From an uncultured Gemmatimonadales bacterium (GTDB lineage Bacteria; Gemmatimonadota; Gemmatimonadetes; Gemmatimonadales; GWC2-71-9): 64,000 nt of DNA. Position numbers and translations under genes: made by a program. The notes under the pieces are model-generated. The model did no database searches. It saw nothing but the letters and a program-made list of their open reading frames with translations, and was not told where the DNA came from. The DNA is taken from positions 32,001-96,000 of the forward strand of contig CAWHFW010000001.1 in NCBI GenBank assembly GCA_963828735.1, read 5' to 3'. Of the stretch, positions 33,815-44,588 are shown piece after piece; the first letter of the stretch is position 1; the number at the start of each line of letters is the position of its first letter.

Positions 33815-34372
33815 ATGACCCAGTTCGTGTTCTACCTGTTCGCCTTCGCCGCGGTGCTCGGCGCGGCGATGTGCATCCTCCAGCGGAACGCGGTGGTGTC
33901 GGCCATCTGGCTGATGAGCACGATGTTCTCGCTCGCGGCCATCTTCGTCCTGCTCGGCGCCGAGCTGATCGGGATCCTCCAGATCCTGGTCTACGTCGGC
34001 GCCATCCTCGTGGTCTTTCTGTTCGTCATCATGCTTCTCAACCTGACCCACGCGACGTCCGACATGCGCGGCCCGGGGGCGCTCGGCGCCACGGTGGTCA
34101 TCGTCGGGCTCCTCGTGGTCGAGCTCGCCGCGCTCTGGCGCTACACGCCGCAGCGGCTCGCGGCCGACATCGCGCAGGCGCCGATGCTGGCCAATCCCGC
34201 GAGCGTGTTCGCCGCTGGTGAGGTGACGCGGCAGGAGACCGCGGCGCGCGGGGTCGTGGGCGCCCTGGCCGCGCCCCTGTTCCAGGTCTATCTGGTGCCG
34301 TTCGAGATCACATCGATCCTCCTCCTCGCCGCCATCGTCGGCGCGGTGGTGCTGGCCAAGCGGAGGATCTGA
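33815..34372 (+). CDS. nuoJ: NADH-quinone oxidoreductase subunit J
   Basis: [20 protein letters not shown] and [10 protein letters not shown] motifs. Confidence 0.93.
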   Translation: MTQFVFYLFAFAAVLGAAMCILQRNAVVSAIWLMSTMFSLAAIFVLLGAELIGILQILVYVGAILVVFLFVIMLLNLTHATSDMRGPGALGATVVIVGLLVVELAALWRYTPQRLAADIAQAPMLANPASVFAAGEVTRQETAARGVVGALAAPLFQVYLVPFEITSILLLAAIVGAVVLAKRRI

Positions 34373-34680
34373 TGCCCCCCACCACGTTCCTCGGCCCGTC
34401 GCTCGGGCTCTCGGCCATCCTGTTCAGCCTGGGCGTGGCCGGCGTGCTGCTCCGCCGGAACGCGATCGTGGTGTTCATGTGCGTCGAGATCATGCTCAAC
34501 GCGGTCAATCTCGCGTTCGTCGCGCTGGCCCAGCTGCACGGCGCGAGCGGCTACATCATGGTGCTCTTCGTCATGACCGTCGCGGCGGCGGAGGCGGCGG
34601 TCGGCCTGGCGATTATCCTCGCGGTCTTCCGGCACAAGCAGTCGGTGGATCTCCAGAACATCAACCTGCTGCGGGGCTGA
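34372..34680 (+). CDS. nuoK: NADH-quinone oxidoreductase subunit K
   Basis: [13 protein letters not shown] and [10 protein letters not shown] motifs. Confidence 0.95.
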   Translation: MPPTTFLGPSLGLSAILFSLGVAGVLLRRNAIVVFMCVEIMLNAVNLAFVALAQLHGASGYIMVLFVMTVAAAEAAVGLAIILAVFRHKQSVDLQNINLLRG

Positions 34681-36653
34681 TGACCTTCACCCACGTGGTC
34701 TGGCTCGCCGTCGCGCTTCCCGTCGCGGGGTTCCTGCTGAATGGGGCGCTCTCCCTGTGGCGCCCTCAAGCCAAGGGCGCGGTCTCCGTCATCGGACCGG
34801 GCGTCCTCCTCGCCGCCTTCGCTGTCGGGCTCGGCGTCTTCCTCGAGCTCTGGCGGGAGCCGCCCCACGCCCCGATCATCGTTCGCCTCTGGTCGTGGCT
34901 GCCGGTGGATCGGCTGCAGGTGGATCTGGCCTTCCAGGTGGACCAGCTCTCGGTGGTGATGCTGCTCATCGTCACCGGCGTCGGGAGCCTGATCCACCTG
35001 TTCAGCGTCGGCTACATGCGGGAAGATCCGGGATACGCGCGCTACTTCGCGTACCTGAACCTCTTCATCGTGTTCATGCTGGTGCTGGTGCTCGGGTCGA
35101 GCTTCCCGGTGATGTTCATCGGCTGGGAAGGCGTGGGTCTCTGCTCCTACCTGCTGATCGGGTTCTGGTTCTCGGAGAAGGCCAACGCCGACGCCGGCAA
35201 GAAGGCGTTCATCATGAACCGGATCGGCGACTTCGGGTTCCTGGTGGCGATGTTCTTCCTCTGGCGCGTCTTCGGGAGCCTCGACTTCACCTACGTGACC
35301 GAGCACGCCCCCGACATGCTGACGCCGGGCGGCGCCGTCGTCACGGCGATCACCCTGTTCCTGTTCCTCGGCTGCACGGGCAAGTCCGCGCAGATCCCGC
35401 TCTACACCTGGCTGCCCGACGCCATGGCCGGCCCGACGCCGGTGTCGGCGCTGATCCACGCGGCCACGATGGTGACGGCCGGCGTCTACCTGGTGGCGCG
35501 GACCAACGTGCTGTTCGCGCTCGCGCCGGTGTCCAGCACGGTGGTGGCTGGCATCGGGGCCCTGACGGCGCTTTTCGCCGCGACAATCGGTCTCCGGCAG
35601 TACGACATCAAGAAGGTGCTCGCCTACTCCACGGTCTCGCAGCTCGGCTACATGTTCATCGGCGTCGGGACCGGGGCCTACGCCTCGGGCATCTTCCACC
35701 TGACCACCCACGCCTTCTTCAAGGCGCTCCTGTTCCTCGGCTCGGGCAGCGTGATCCACGCGATGCACCATGCGTATCACGCCACCCACTCGCACGAGGA
35801 CGCGCAGGACATGCGGAACATGGGCGGGCTCCGGCGCTACATGCCGGTCACCTTCTGGCTCATGATGATCGCCACCCTGGCGATCGCCGGGATCCCGCCG
35901 TTCTCCGGGTTCTTCTCCAAGGACGAGATCCTCGCGGCGGCCTTCGCCCGCGGGGCGGATACGCCCATCTACTACGTGTTCTACGGGATGGGCGTCCTCG
36001 CGGCCCTCCTCACCGCGTTCTACATGGCGCGCCTGATGGCCATGACCTTCCTCGGGGAGAACCGCACCGGCGAGCGCGAGCGCGGCCACCTGCACGAGGC
36101 GCCCTGGATCATGACGGGACCGCTGCTCGTGCTCGGTGTGCTGAGCGCGGTGGGCGGGGCGCTCAACCTGCCTCACCTCGTCGGTGGGCACTCGGCACTC
36201 GAGCGCTGGCTCGAGCCGGTGATGGAGCCCGGCCTCCGGCTCACCCACCTGGTCATGCCGTCCGGCTCGACCGAGCTGGCCCTGGTCGGCGCCGCGGTGG
36301 CGATCGGCGCGTTGGGCCTCTGGCTGGGCTTCCGGGCCACGCTCGCCGGCTCCATCCCGCCCGCGCACGACGCGCCGGAGGAGACGGGCTTCGCCCTGGT
36401 GCTCAACCGCAAGTACTACGTCGACGAGCTGTACGACGCCCTGGTGGTGCGGCCGGTCGCCTGGCTGTCGCGCGTGGTGCTGTGGCGCGGGGTGGACCAG
36501 CAGATTGTCGACGGCGCAGGAGTGAACGGCGCGGCGTTCCTCTCCCGACTGGCGGGCAGCGGGCTCCGGCTGCTGCAGACCGGTCAGGTGGGGGTCTACG
36601 TGGTGCTCTTCCTCGTGGGCGCGCTGTGGATCCTGCGCGCCGTGATCAGGTAA
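34680..36653 (+). CDS. nuoL: NADH-quinone oxidoreductase subunit L
   Basis: WEGVG, GKSAQIPLYTWLPDAMAGPTPVSALIHAATMV, HAFFKALLFL motifs. Confidence 0.95.
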   Translation: MTFTHVVWLAVALPVAGFLLNGALSLWRPQAKGAVSVIGPGVLLAAFAVGLGVFLELWREPPHAPIIVRLWSWLPVDRLQVDLAFQVDQLSVVMLLIVTGVGSLIHLFSVGYMREDPGYARYFAYLNLFIVFMLVLVLGSSFPVMFIGWEGVGLCSYLLIGFWFSEKANADAGKKAFIMNRIGDFGFLVAMFFLWRVFGSLDFTYVTEHAPDMLTPGGAVVTAITLFLFLGCTGKSAQIPLYTWLPDAMAGPTPVSALIHAATMVTAGVYLVARTNVLFALAPVSSTVVAGIGALTALFAATIGLRQYDIKKVLAYSTVSQLGYMFIGVGTGAYASGIFHLTTHAFFKALLFLGSGSVIHAMHHAYHATHSHEDAQDMRNMGGLRRYMPVTFWLMMIATLAIAGIPPFSGFFSKDEILAAAFARGADTPIYYVFYGMGVLAALLTAFYMARLMAMTFLGENRTGERERGHLHEAPWIMTGPLLVLGVLSAVGGALNLPHLVGGHSALERWLEPVMEPGLRLTHLVMPSGSTELALVGAAVAIGALGLWLGFRATLAGSIPPAHDAPEETGFALVLNRKYYVDELYDALVVRPVAWLSRVVLWRGVDQQIVDGAGVNGAAFLSRLAGSGLRLLQTGQVGVYVVLFLVGALWILRAVIR

Positions 36654-38233
36654 TGACGATGGCCGCTTTCCTCCAGTCCATCGGGTACGGCGAGTGGATC
36701 CTCCACGCGCTGGTCCTGCTCCCGCTCATCGGCGTCGTTCCGGTGCTGCTGGGCAGCGAGCGGTCGGCGAAGGTCACGGCGCTGGTGATCACCGTCCTCG
36801 AGTTCGTCCTCTCGGCCGGACTCTGGTGGGGGCTCGAGCGCGGCCGCGGGACGTTCCAGCTGATGGCCAACCTGGACTGGATTCCCTCCTGGGGCATCTC
36901 GTACCGCGTCGGCATCGACGGGATCTCGCTCGTCATGGTGCTGCTCACCACCGCGCTCATGCCGCTCAGCGTGCTCGCGAGCTGGCAGTACATCACGACG
37001 CGCGAGCGCGGCTTCTACGCCCTCATGCTCACGTTGCTCACCGGGATGGTCGGCGTGTTCCTCGCGCTCGACATGTTCCTGTTCTACGTGTTCTTCGAGA
37101 TCATGCTCATCCCGATGTATTTCATCATCGGGATCTGGGGCGGGACCAACCGGCTGTACGCGGCGATCAAGTTCTTCGTCTACACCATGGCCGGGTCGCT
37201 GCTCATGCTGGTGGCCATCGTGGTGCTGGTGTGGAAGGTCCGGAGCGGCACGGGGCTGCTCTCGTTCTCGTACGACTTTCTGCTCCAGAACGCGTCGGCG
37301 GCCGGCGGGGCCGCGCCCTGGCTCTTCGCCGCGTTCGCGCTCGCGTTCGCCATCAAGGTGCCGATCTTCCCGTTTCACACCTGGCTGCCGGACGCCCACG
37401 TCGAGGCGCCCACGGCGGGCAGCGTCCTCCTGGCCGGCGTCATGCTGAAGATCGGCACCTACGGCTTCCTGCGGTTCGCCGTCCCGTTCTTCCCGCAGGT
37501 GGCCTTGAGCCCCGTGGTGAGCCACATCATGGTCGTGCTGGCGGTGATCGGCATTATCTACGGCGCGCTGGTCGCGATGGTGCAGCCCGACATCAAGAAG
37601 CTGGTGGCCTACTCGTCCGTGAGCCACCTGGGCTTCGTGATGCTGGGCATCTGGGGCATGACGCTCCAGAGCGTTCAGGGCGCCCTGATGGTGATGATCA
37701 GCCACGGCTTCTCCACCGGGGCGCTGTTCCTCCTGATCGGCATGCTGTACGAGCGCCGCCACACCAGGCGCATCGAGGACTACGGCGGCATCGCCCGGGT
37801 GGTGCCGGTCTTCTCGCTGATTCTCACCGTCGTGGCGCTCTCGTCCATCGGTCTTCCGGGGCTCAACGGCTTCATCGGCGAGTTCCTCGTCCTGCTCGGC
37901 AGCTTCACCGCGTTCCCGTGGGCGACCGGGCTCGCGACCACGGGCGTGATCTTCGCCGCGGCCTACCTCCTGTGGGCCCTTCAGCGGGTCATCTTCAACC
38001 GCCTCGACGACCGCGAGAACGAGCACCTGCACGATCTCACCCCCAGGGAGCTCGCCGTCATGCTCCCGCTCGTCGTCGGCATCGTGTGGCTCGGCCTCTA
38101 TCCCAAGCCGGTCCTCGAGCGCATGGAGCCCTCCTCGAAGCGGTTCCTCGAGGCCGCCGCGCCGGGTGTCGGGCCGACGACGGCCGGGGCCGCGCTCCGG
38201 TCGAGCGCGCAATTGTCGGAGGGCGGCCGATGA
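36653..38233 (+). CDS. nuoM: NADH-quinone oxidoreductase subunit M
   Basis: KVPIFPFHTWLPDAHVEAP, KKLVAYSSVSH, GLPGLNGFIGE motifs. Confidence 0.95.
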   Translation: MTMAAFLQSIGYGEWILHALVLLPLIGVVPVLLGSERSAKVTALVITVLEFVLSAGLWWGLERGRGTFQLMANLDWIPSWGISYRVGIDGISLVMVLLTTALMPLSVLASWQYITTRERGFYALMLTLLTGMVGVFLALDMFLFYVFFEIMLIPMYFIIGIWGGTNRLYAAIKFFVYTMAGSLLMLVAIVVLVWKVRSGTGLLSFSYDFLLQNASAAGGAAPWLFAAFALAFAIKVPIFPFHTWLPDAHVEAPTAGSVLLAGVMLKIGTYGFLRFAVPFFPQVALSPVVSHIMVVLAVIGIIYGALVAMVQPDIKKLVAYSSVSHLGFVMLGIWGMTLQSVQGALMVMISHGFSTGALFLLIGMLYERRHTRRIEDYGGIARVVPVFSLILTVVALSSIGLPGLNGFIGEFLVLLGSFTAFPWATGLATTGVIFAAAYLLWALQRVIFNRLDDRENEHLHDLTPRELAVMLPLVVGIVWLGLYPKPVLERMEPSSKRFLEAAAPGVGPTTAGAALRSSAQLSEGGR

Positions 38234-39732
38234 ACCGCATCGACCTCGGCACTCCGTGGGGCGTGACCCTCGCGCTGCTGCCGGAGATCGTCCTGTCCGG
38301 CTGGGCCCTCGTGGTTCTCCTGGTCGTGAGCTGGCGTCATCACGGGGCGGCGGACAGTCGCCTCGCGGGCTGGCTCAGCTTCGCGGGCGTCGTGCTCAGC
38401 TTCGCCGCGCTCGCATCCCTCTGGGTGAGCGGCGCCACGCCCGACGGCCTGGCCCAGATGGTGGCGCTCGATTCGTTCCGCTACGGCGTGGCCGCCATCG
38501 CGCTGCTCAGCGCGGGCGCCACGATTCTCCTCTCGCTGGGGTACCTCGAGCGGGAGCGGCTGCTGGCGCCGGAGTACTACCCGCTCGTGCTGTTCGCGAC
38601 CGCCGGCATGATGTTCCTCGGCGGGGCGGAGGACCTCATCGTCCTGTTTCTCGGGCTCGAGGTCATGTCGGTCGCGGTCTACGTGCTCGCCGGCTTCAAC
38701 CGGGCGAACGCGTTCTCGGCCGAAGCGGCGCTCAAGTATTTCCTGATCGGGGCGTTCGCGTCGGGTTTCCTGCTCTACGGCATCGCGCTGGTCTATGGCG
38801 CCACCGGCACCACCAATCTCTCGCTGGCGGGGGCGCAGCTCGGGGGCAAGCCGCTCAGCCTGATGGCGTCGCTCGGGCTCGGGCTTCTGATCATCGGGTT
38901 CGCCTTCAAGGTGGCGGCCGTACCGTTCCACATGTGGGCGCCGGACGTGTACGATGGCTCGCCGACGCCCGTCACCGGCTTCATGGCCACCGGCGTCAAG
39001 GCGGCCGCGTTCGCCGCGCTCGTGCGCGTGCTGATGGAGGCGTTCCCCTCGGCCATCGCGACCTGGCAGCCGATCGTCGCCGGCCTCGCGATCGCATCGA
39101 TGGTGCTGGGCAACCTGGTGGCGCTGGCGCAACGTCCACTCAAGCGGATGCTGGCCTACAGCTCGGTCGCGCACGCGGGTTATCTGCTCGTGGCGGCCTG
39201 GCCGGGCACGGCGGTCGGCGCCGGCTCGGTGATGCTGTACCTCTTGGCCTACAGCCTGACGTCCCTCGCGACGTTCGGTCTCCTCGCCGCGCTCGGCCGC
39301 GGGGGCGAGCGCGAGGTCGGTCTCGACGATATCGCCGGTCTCGCGTCCGCGCGTCCGTGGATGGCCTTCGCCCTCACCGTCTGCATGCTCTCGTTGCTCG
39401 GGTTTCCGGGGACGTTCGGCTTCATCGGCAAGTGGTACATCATCTCCGCCGTGGTGGCCGAAGGCCACTATCTGCTCCCGGTTATCCTGGTGCTCACCAG
39501 CGTCGTGAGCGCGGGCTACTATCTGCCGGTGATCATGGCGATGTACATGAAGCCCGCACCCGCCGGGGACCGGTACGCGGGCCTTCGCCTCGCGCCGGCC
39601 GCGTTCGGGGCCATCACGCTCACGGTCGCCGCGGTGCTGCTCTTCGGGTTCTGGCCAGGGGCCGTGCTCGACCTGGCCGGGCAGACCGGAACGACGCTCA
39701 CGCAAACGGGCGTGCCGATCGCCGGACCGTGA
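38230..39732 (+). CDS. nuoN: NADH-quinone oxidoreductase subunit N
   Basis: EAALKYF, FKVAAVPFHMWAPDVY, KRMLAYSS motifs. Confidence 0.95.
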   Translation: MNRIDLGTPWGVTLALLPEIVLSGWALVVLLVVSWRHHGAADSRLAGWLSFAGVVLSFAALASLWVSGATPDGLAQMVALDSFRYGVAAIALLSAGATILLSLGYLERERLLAPEYYPLVLFATAGMMFLGGAEDLIVLFLGLEVMSVAVYVLAGFNRANAFSAEAALKYFLIGAFASGFLLYGIALVYGATGTTNLSLAGAQLGGKPLSLMASLGLGLLIIGFAFKVAAVPFHMWAPDVYDGSPTPVTGFMATGVKAAAFAALVRVLMEAFPSAIATWQPIVAGLAIASMVLGNLVALAQRPLKRMLAYSSVAHAGYLLVAAWPGTAVGAGSVMLYLLAYSLTSLATFGLLAALGRGGEREVGLDDIAGLASARPWMAFALTVCMLSLLGFPGTFGFIGKWYIISAVVAEGHYLLPVILVLTSVVSAGYYLPVIMAMYMKPAPAGDRYAGLRLAPAAFGAITLTVAAVLLFGFWPGAVLDLAGQTGTTLTQTGVPIAGP

Positions 39733-39760
39733 GGGCGCCGAGGCGGGCACACGTGGCGCC

Positions 39761-41131
39761 ATGAACGCCCCGAAATCCATCTTCCGCCAGTACGACATCC
39801 GCGGCCTCGTCGGCTCGGAGCTCACGCCCGAATTCGCCCGCGGTTTGGGGCGCGCCTTCGCGTCGGTGGCGTGGGAGCGGCTCGGCCGAGCGCCCACTCT
39901 CGTCGTCGGTCGGGACAACCGCCCATCGGGCGAGGCGCTCGCGGCCGGGGTCAGGCGGGGGATCGTCGAGGCGGGCGCCACCGCGGTGGATGTCGGCACG
40001 CTCCCGACGCCGGCCCTGTATTTCGGCGTCGCCGCCCTCGGCTCCGATGGCGGCATCCAGGTCACCGGCTCGCACAATCCCCCCGAGTTCAACGGCTTCA
40101 AGATGGTCCTCGGCGGCGAGGCGTTTCACGGCGATGAGATCCTGGGCCTCTGGGAGATCATCGTGACGGAGCGCTGGCGGAGCGCCACCGGGCGCGAGAC
40201 GAGCGACGGCTCGGTCCTCGGGCGGTATCGCGAGGGCATCGTCTCCCGCCACCGGTTGGCGCGCCCCGTCCGCGTCGTGGCCGACTGCGGGAACGGGGCC
40301 GGCAGCCTCGTCGCCGTCTCGACCCTCGAGGCCCTCGGCGCCGAGGTCACGCCGCTCTTCTGCGAGTCGGACGGCACCTTTCCCAATCATCATCCCGATC
40401 CGACCGTGCCGGAGAATCTCCGCGATCTCCAGGCCGAGGTGCGGCGCACGGGCGCCGAGCTGGGCATCGCCTTCGACGGCGACGCGGACCGGATCGGCGC
40501 GGTGGACGAGACCGGCCGCATCATCTACGGCGATCAGCTCCTCGTCATCCTCGGCCGCGATGCGGTCGCCCGGTTCGGCGCCGGCACGCCGGTCATCTTC
40601 GATGTCAAGTGCTCGGAGGTGCTCCCGGCCGCCCTGACGCGCGCCGGGGCGCGACCCATCATGTGGAAGACCGGGCATTCGCTCATCAAGGCGAAGATGA
40701 AGGCGGAGGGCGCGCCGCTCGCCGGCGAGATGAGCGGCCACATGTTCTTCGGCGGAGACTACCTTGGGTTCGACGACGCGCTGTTCGCGGCCGCGCGCCT
40801 GCTCGAGATCGTGAGTCGCCGGCCCTTCGGTCTCGCGGCCCTGCTCGAGGACCTGCCGCGCACGACCGCCACGCCCGAGATCCGGGTCGATGTGCCCGAG
40901 GAGCGGAAGTTCGATCTCGTGCAGCGGGCCGTGGCGCACTTCTCGTCGCGGTACCCCGTCAACACCATCGACGGCGCGCGGATCACCTTCCCGAACGGCT
41001 GGGGGCTGCTCCGCGCGTCGAACACCCAGTCGATTCTCGTGCTCAGGTTCGAGGCCACGGATCAGGAGTCGCTGGACGCCGCCCGCCGCGAGGTCGCCGA
41101 CTGGCTCGCGGGGCAGGGCGTGCGGGCGTAG
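39761..41131 (+). CDS. Phosphomannomutase/phosphoglucomutase (AlgC-like)
   Basis: IFRQYDIRG, VTGSHNP, FDGDADR, GEMSGH, RASNT motifs. Confidence 0.92.
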   Translation: MNAPKSIFRQYDIRGLVGSELTPEFARGLGRAFASVAWERLGRAPTLVVGRDNRPSGEALAAGVRRGIVEAGATAVDVGTLPTPALYFGVAALGSDGGIQVTGSHNPPEFNGFKMVLGGEAFHGDEILGLWEIIVTERWRSATGRETSDGSVLGRYREGIVSRHRLARPVRVVADCGNGAGSLVAVSTLEALGAEVTPLFCESDGTFPNHHPDPTVPENLRDLQAEVRRTGAELGIAFDGDADRIGAVDETGRIIYGDQLLVILGRDAVARFGAGTPVIFDVKCSEVLPAALTRAGARPIMWKTGHSLIKAKMKAEGAPLAGEMSGHMFFGGDYLGFDDALFAAARLLEIVSRRPFGLAALLEDLPRTTATPEIRVDVPEERKFDLVQRAVAHFSSRYPVNTIDGARITFPNGWGLLRASNTQSILVLRFEATDQESLDAARREVADWLAGQGVRA

Positions 41132-41134
41132 CGC

Positions 41135-43588
41135 ATGTCGCGCCGCGGACGTCGCCTCGCCGCGCTGTTCGCGGGCCTCGTGGTCCTGCTGTTCGCTGGA
41201 CGGTGGACCTCCGGCATCCTTGCGGACCGATGGTGGGCGGGCGAGGTGTCGCCCGCGGCGGTGGACTTCCTCACCGACTGGAACCTGCTGCGCGGGCTGC
41301 TCTCGCTCGCGGGGGTGGTCATCGCCGGCGCGTGGTTCATCGGCCACCTCGTGGCGGTGTACCGCGCCGTCGGGTCGGTCCAGGTCCGTCGCAGCGTGGC
41401 GAATCTGGAATTCCGCGAGGCGCTCACACCCGGAGCCCTTCTCGCCATCGCGGTCGCCGCCGGGGCGGTGCTCGGCGTGCTGGTCGGCAAGGGGGCGGGC
41501 ACGCACGCCGCCGAGGTGGCGCTTGGCTGGCAGGGCGTCACCTACGGCGTGCTCGAGCCGCTCCTCCAGCGGGACATCGGACTCTACGTCGCGCAGGTGC
41601 CTCTCTGGCGCGAGGCGCAGCGATTCGCGTTCCTGCTCGTCATGCTCGGGCTGGCCCTGGTCTTCGGCCTCTACGTCATCGTCGGCGCCATCCGGTGGCT
41701 CGACGGTCGTCCCGCCATCAACAACCACGCACGCACCCACCTCGGTTGGCTGCTCGTCGCCCTGGCGCTCACGCTCATGTGGGGCTACCTGCTCGAGCCA
41801 TTCGAGCTCGTGGCGGCTTTCGAGGGTCTGCCGGATCGGGCGGTCTGGCGCGGCACGACGTTCGTCGCGCCGCTCCTGGCCGGCGTGGCGCTCGCCACCG
41901 CGCTGCTGTCGGCGGTCTGGGCCGTTCGCGCGCGGCATTCGCTGGCTGCGGCGGGCTGGATCGTGCTGCCCGTCGCATCGCTGGTCGGCCACTGGCTCGT
42001 GCCGCCCGCGCTCGGCGGCGAGGGCGAGCCGGTCGTGGAGCGGCGGACGGTGGATCAATTCGAGCGCCTGGCGTACGGCCTCGATGCGTTGAGCGAAGGC
42101 GCGACGATGACGCGGAGCCGCCTGTCGCCGCCCTCGGTGCCGTCGCTCTGGACCCCGACCATGGCCACACGCCTGCTCGCCGCCGACTCGATCGATATCG
42201 TCGACGCGGACCCCGCGCTCCTCACCGTCGCGGGGCATGCGCGGCCCGTCTGGCTCATCGGCCGGACGCTTCCCGGCGGGCGCTTCGTCCTCAATGCTCT
42301 CGCGGACGACCGCACGGGCCCGGCCGGCGAGGCGCTGTACTACCGTCCGCAGGATTCGCTGCCCCAGCCGCTCGTCGTGCCGTGGCTGGACCTCGGCACC
42401 GGCGGCTTTCACGGTCACTCGCCTGCCTACCGCCTCGGACGGGACGACGATTCCGGCGTGTCGCTGGATTCGTGGCCGAGGCGCGTGCTGCTGGCATGGG
42501 CGCTTCAGGCGCCCGAGCTGCTCGGTCCATTGGACGGCGGCGCCCGGGTGGATTGGGCGCTCGCGCCGGCGGCGCGCCTCAGGGAGCTCATCCCGTTCGC
42601 GACGTGGGACGATCCGGTGGCGCGCGTCGTGGATGGAGAGCTGGAGTGGATCGCCGACGGGTATCTGCCCGCCGAAGCGTTTCCGCTCGCCTCGCGCGTG
42701 GACTGGGGCGGACACCGGATCGCCGGGCTCCGCGGCGCGCTGGTGGGGCTCGTCTCGGCACAGAGCGGCACCGTCCGGGTGTTCCTCCGCCCGGGCAGCG
42801 ACGCGCTGGCTGCCTCGTGGGCCGCGATCGCCGCGGGCGTGATCGAGCCGGCATCCTCGATGCCCGAGGGGGTCTGGCGCGCGGCGCCGTACCCCGCGGA
42901 GCTCTTCCGCGTACAGGCGCGGCAGCTCGAGCGCTCACCCCGGCGGCTGGGCACGCTGAGCGGTCGCACCGGCGCCGAGATGACCGAGCTGCCAAAGATC
43001 GACGCCGCGTGGGCCGACGACACCACGGGTCCCGTGCGGGTGGTCGCGTTCGAGCTGCCGGGCGAGCGCCGCCTGAGCGCGCTCCTGGTCGCGAGCCACG
43101 AGGACGAGACCGATGTCCTTCGTCTGGCGCGGCTCGACTCGGCCTCCGCGGTGTCGTCTCGGAGCGGCCTGGAAAGCCGCTGGGCCCGATTCCCTACCTA
43201 CAAGGCGTTGAGCGACTCGATCCAGGACGACGGGGGCCGGCTCGAACGCGGACCCGTTCGATTCGACCTGGGCTCCGACGGAGTCGTCGCCTACCAATCA
43301 CACTTCGGCGCGCCGGCCAACGGCCGGCCGGCGCTCGTGTGGGTCACCGTGGCCACCGGCGACCGGTTGGGCGCCGGGCATTCGATGAAGGAGGCTTGGA
43401 GCAACCTCCGCGGCACCACGGTCCCCGCCATCGCCGGCCAGGCCCAGACCACCCGGCTCGACGACGCCCGGCGCTATCTGCTCCGGGCCGACTCGGCGCT
43501 GCGCGCGGTCGACTGGGATGCCTTCGGCCGCGCCTGGAACGGGCTCCGCCGCGCGGTCGGGCTGCCCTCGGATTCGACGGTCCCGTGA
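41135..43588 (+). CDS. UPF0182-family membrane protein (divergent)
   Basis: N-terminal multi-transmembrane region with a PLLQRDIGLYV motif, then D-P...DGELEWIADGY, PYPAELFRVQ, and a C-terminal DWDAFG helix. Confidence 0.7.
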   Translation: MSRRGRRLAALFAGLVVLLFAGRWTSGILADRWWAGEVSPAAVDFLTDWNLLRGLLSLAGVVIAGAWFIGHLVAVYRAVGSVQVRRSVANLEFREALTPGALLAIAVAAGAVLGVLVGKGAGTHAAEVALGWQGVTYGVLEPLLQRDIGLYVAQVPLWREAQRFAFLLVMLGLALVFGLYVIVGAIRWLDGRPAINNHARTHLGWLLVALALTLMWGYLLEPFELVAAFEGLPDRAVWRGTTFVAPLLAGVALATALLSAVWAVRARHSLAAAGWIVLPVASLVGHWLVPPALGGEGEPVVERRTVDQFERLAYGLDALSEGATMTRSRLSPPSVPSLWTPTMATRLLAADSIDIVDADPALLTVAGHARPVWLIGRTLPGGRFVLNALADDRTGPAGEALYYRPQDSLPQPLVVPWLDLGTGGFHGHSPAYRLGRDDDSGVSLDSWPRRVLLAWALQAPELLGPLDGGARVDWALAPAARLRELIPFATWDDPVARVVDGELEWIADGYLPAEAFPLASRVDWGGHRIAGLRGALVGLVSAQSGTVRVFLRPGSDALAASWAAIAAGVIEPASSMPEGVWRAAPYPAELFRVQARQLERSPRRLGTLSGRTGAEMTELPKIDAAWADDTTGPVRVVAFELPGERRLSALLVASHEDETDVLRLARLDSASAVSSRSGLESRWARFPTYKALSDSIQDDGGRLERGPVRFDLGSDGVVAYQSHFGAPANGRPALVWVTVATGDRLGAGHSMKEAWSNLRGTTVPAIAGQAQTTRLDDARRYLLRADSALRAVDWDAFGRAWNGLRRAVGLPSDSTVP

Positions 43589-43590
43589 GC

Positions 43591-43619
43591 TTGATCGGCC
43601 GTGATGCAGGGGCTAGGTT
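43591..43619 (+). promoter_or_regulatory. Sigma70-like promoter for arcC-sucCD
   Basis: TTGATC-N17-TAGGTT. Confidence 0.5.
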
Positions 43620-43646
43620 CGGGGGCTTTTTCCCGAGGGCGAGCGC

Positions 43647-44588
43647 GTGAAGACGGCGGTCGTGGCCCTGGGCGGCAACGCGTTGGCGCGCGCCGATGTC
43701 CCCGCCACGGTGACGAACCAGTTCCGGCACGCGCGCGAGAGCATGGCGATGGTCGTCGAGCTGGCCAGGGCCGGCTGGCGCATCGTGCTGGTCCATGGCA
43801 ACGGCCCGCAGGTGGGCGACGAGCTGGTCCGGAACGAGATCGCGGGGCGCCTGATCGAACCGCTGCCCCTCGGTGTGCTGGTCGCGGAGACGGCCGGGTG
43901 GATCGGCTACATGCTGCAGCAGTCCCTGCAGAACGCGCTCGCCACCGCGCGGGTGGACCGCGACGTGGCTACCGTCGTGACGCAGACGCTGGTGGACCGC
44001 TACGATCCGGCGCTCGGCCGCCCCACCAAACCGATCGGGCGCTCGCTGACCGAGCCGGAGGTGGCGCGCCTTCGCGAGGCGGGGCGATCGGTCGGTCGCG
44101 ACGGCGCTGGCGACTGGCGGCGGATGACCACGAGTCCGAGGCCGCTGGGGATCGTCGAGCTGGGCGTGGTGCGGCACTTGGTGGAGCGGGGAACCATCGT
44201 GATCGCGGCGGGTGGCGGTGGCGCCCCGGTCTACGAGGATCCGCTGCTCGGCCTCGAGGGGGTGGACGCGGTCGTGGACAAGGATCGCGTCGCCGGCATT
44301 CTCGCCGCGCAGCTCGGGGCCGACGTGTTGATGATCCTGACGAACGTGGACGCCGTGTTCGAGGGGTGGGGCACGCCCGCGGCTCGACCGATCCGACGGA
44401 TGAGCGTTGCCCGCGCGGTCGAGCTCGTGGCATCCGGCGGGCTGGACGAAGGCGGCATGAAGCCGAAGGTCGAGGCGGCGACGGAGTTCGCGCGCTCGAC
44501 CGGTGGGCGCGCCATCATCGCGCGATTGAGTGACGGCCCCGCGGCGCTTCGCGGCGAGACCGGAACGACCATCACGAGGGAACCGTGA
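43647..44588 (+). CDS. arcC: Carbamate kinase
   Basis: VVALGGNAL, HGNGPQVG, PTKPIG, AAGGGG, AVVDKD, GMKPKV motifs. Confidence 0.92.
   Translation: MKTAVVALGGNALARADVPATVTNQFRHARESMAMVVELARAGWRIVLVHGNGPQVGDELVRNEIAGRLIEPLPLGVLVAETAGWIGYMLQQSLQNALATARVDRDVATVVTQTLVDRYDPALGRPTKPIGRSLTEPEVARLREAGRSVGRDGAGDWRRMTTSPRPLGIVELGVVRHLVERGTIVIAAGGGGAPVYEDPLLGLEGVDAVVDKDRVAGILAAQLGADVLMILTNVDAVFEGWGTPAARPIRRMSVARAVELVASGGLDEGGMKPKVEAATEFARSTGGRAIIARLSDGPAALRGETGTTITREP

Noticed and set aside
34757..39732. 1158-aa and 1012-aa ORFs as fused Nuo subunits
   Set aside because: Their N-terminal halves are off-frame readings of nuoL and nuoM. The true starts are 36653 and 38230.
39698..43650. ~1000-aa antisense and alternate-frame ORFs (and many similar ones across the window)
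   Set aside because: Shadow ORFs expected from stop-codon scarcity at high GC. They carry no recognisable motifs.
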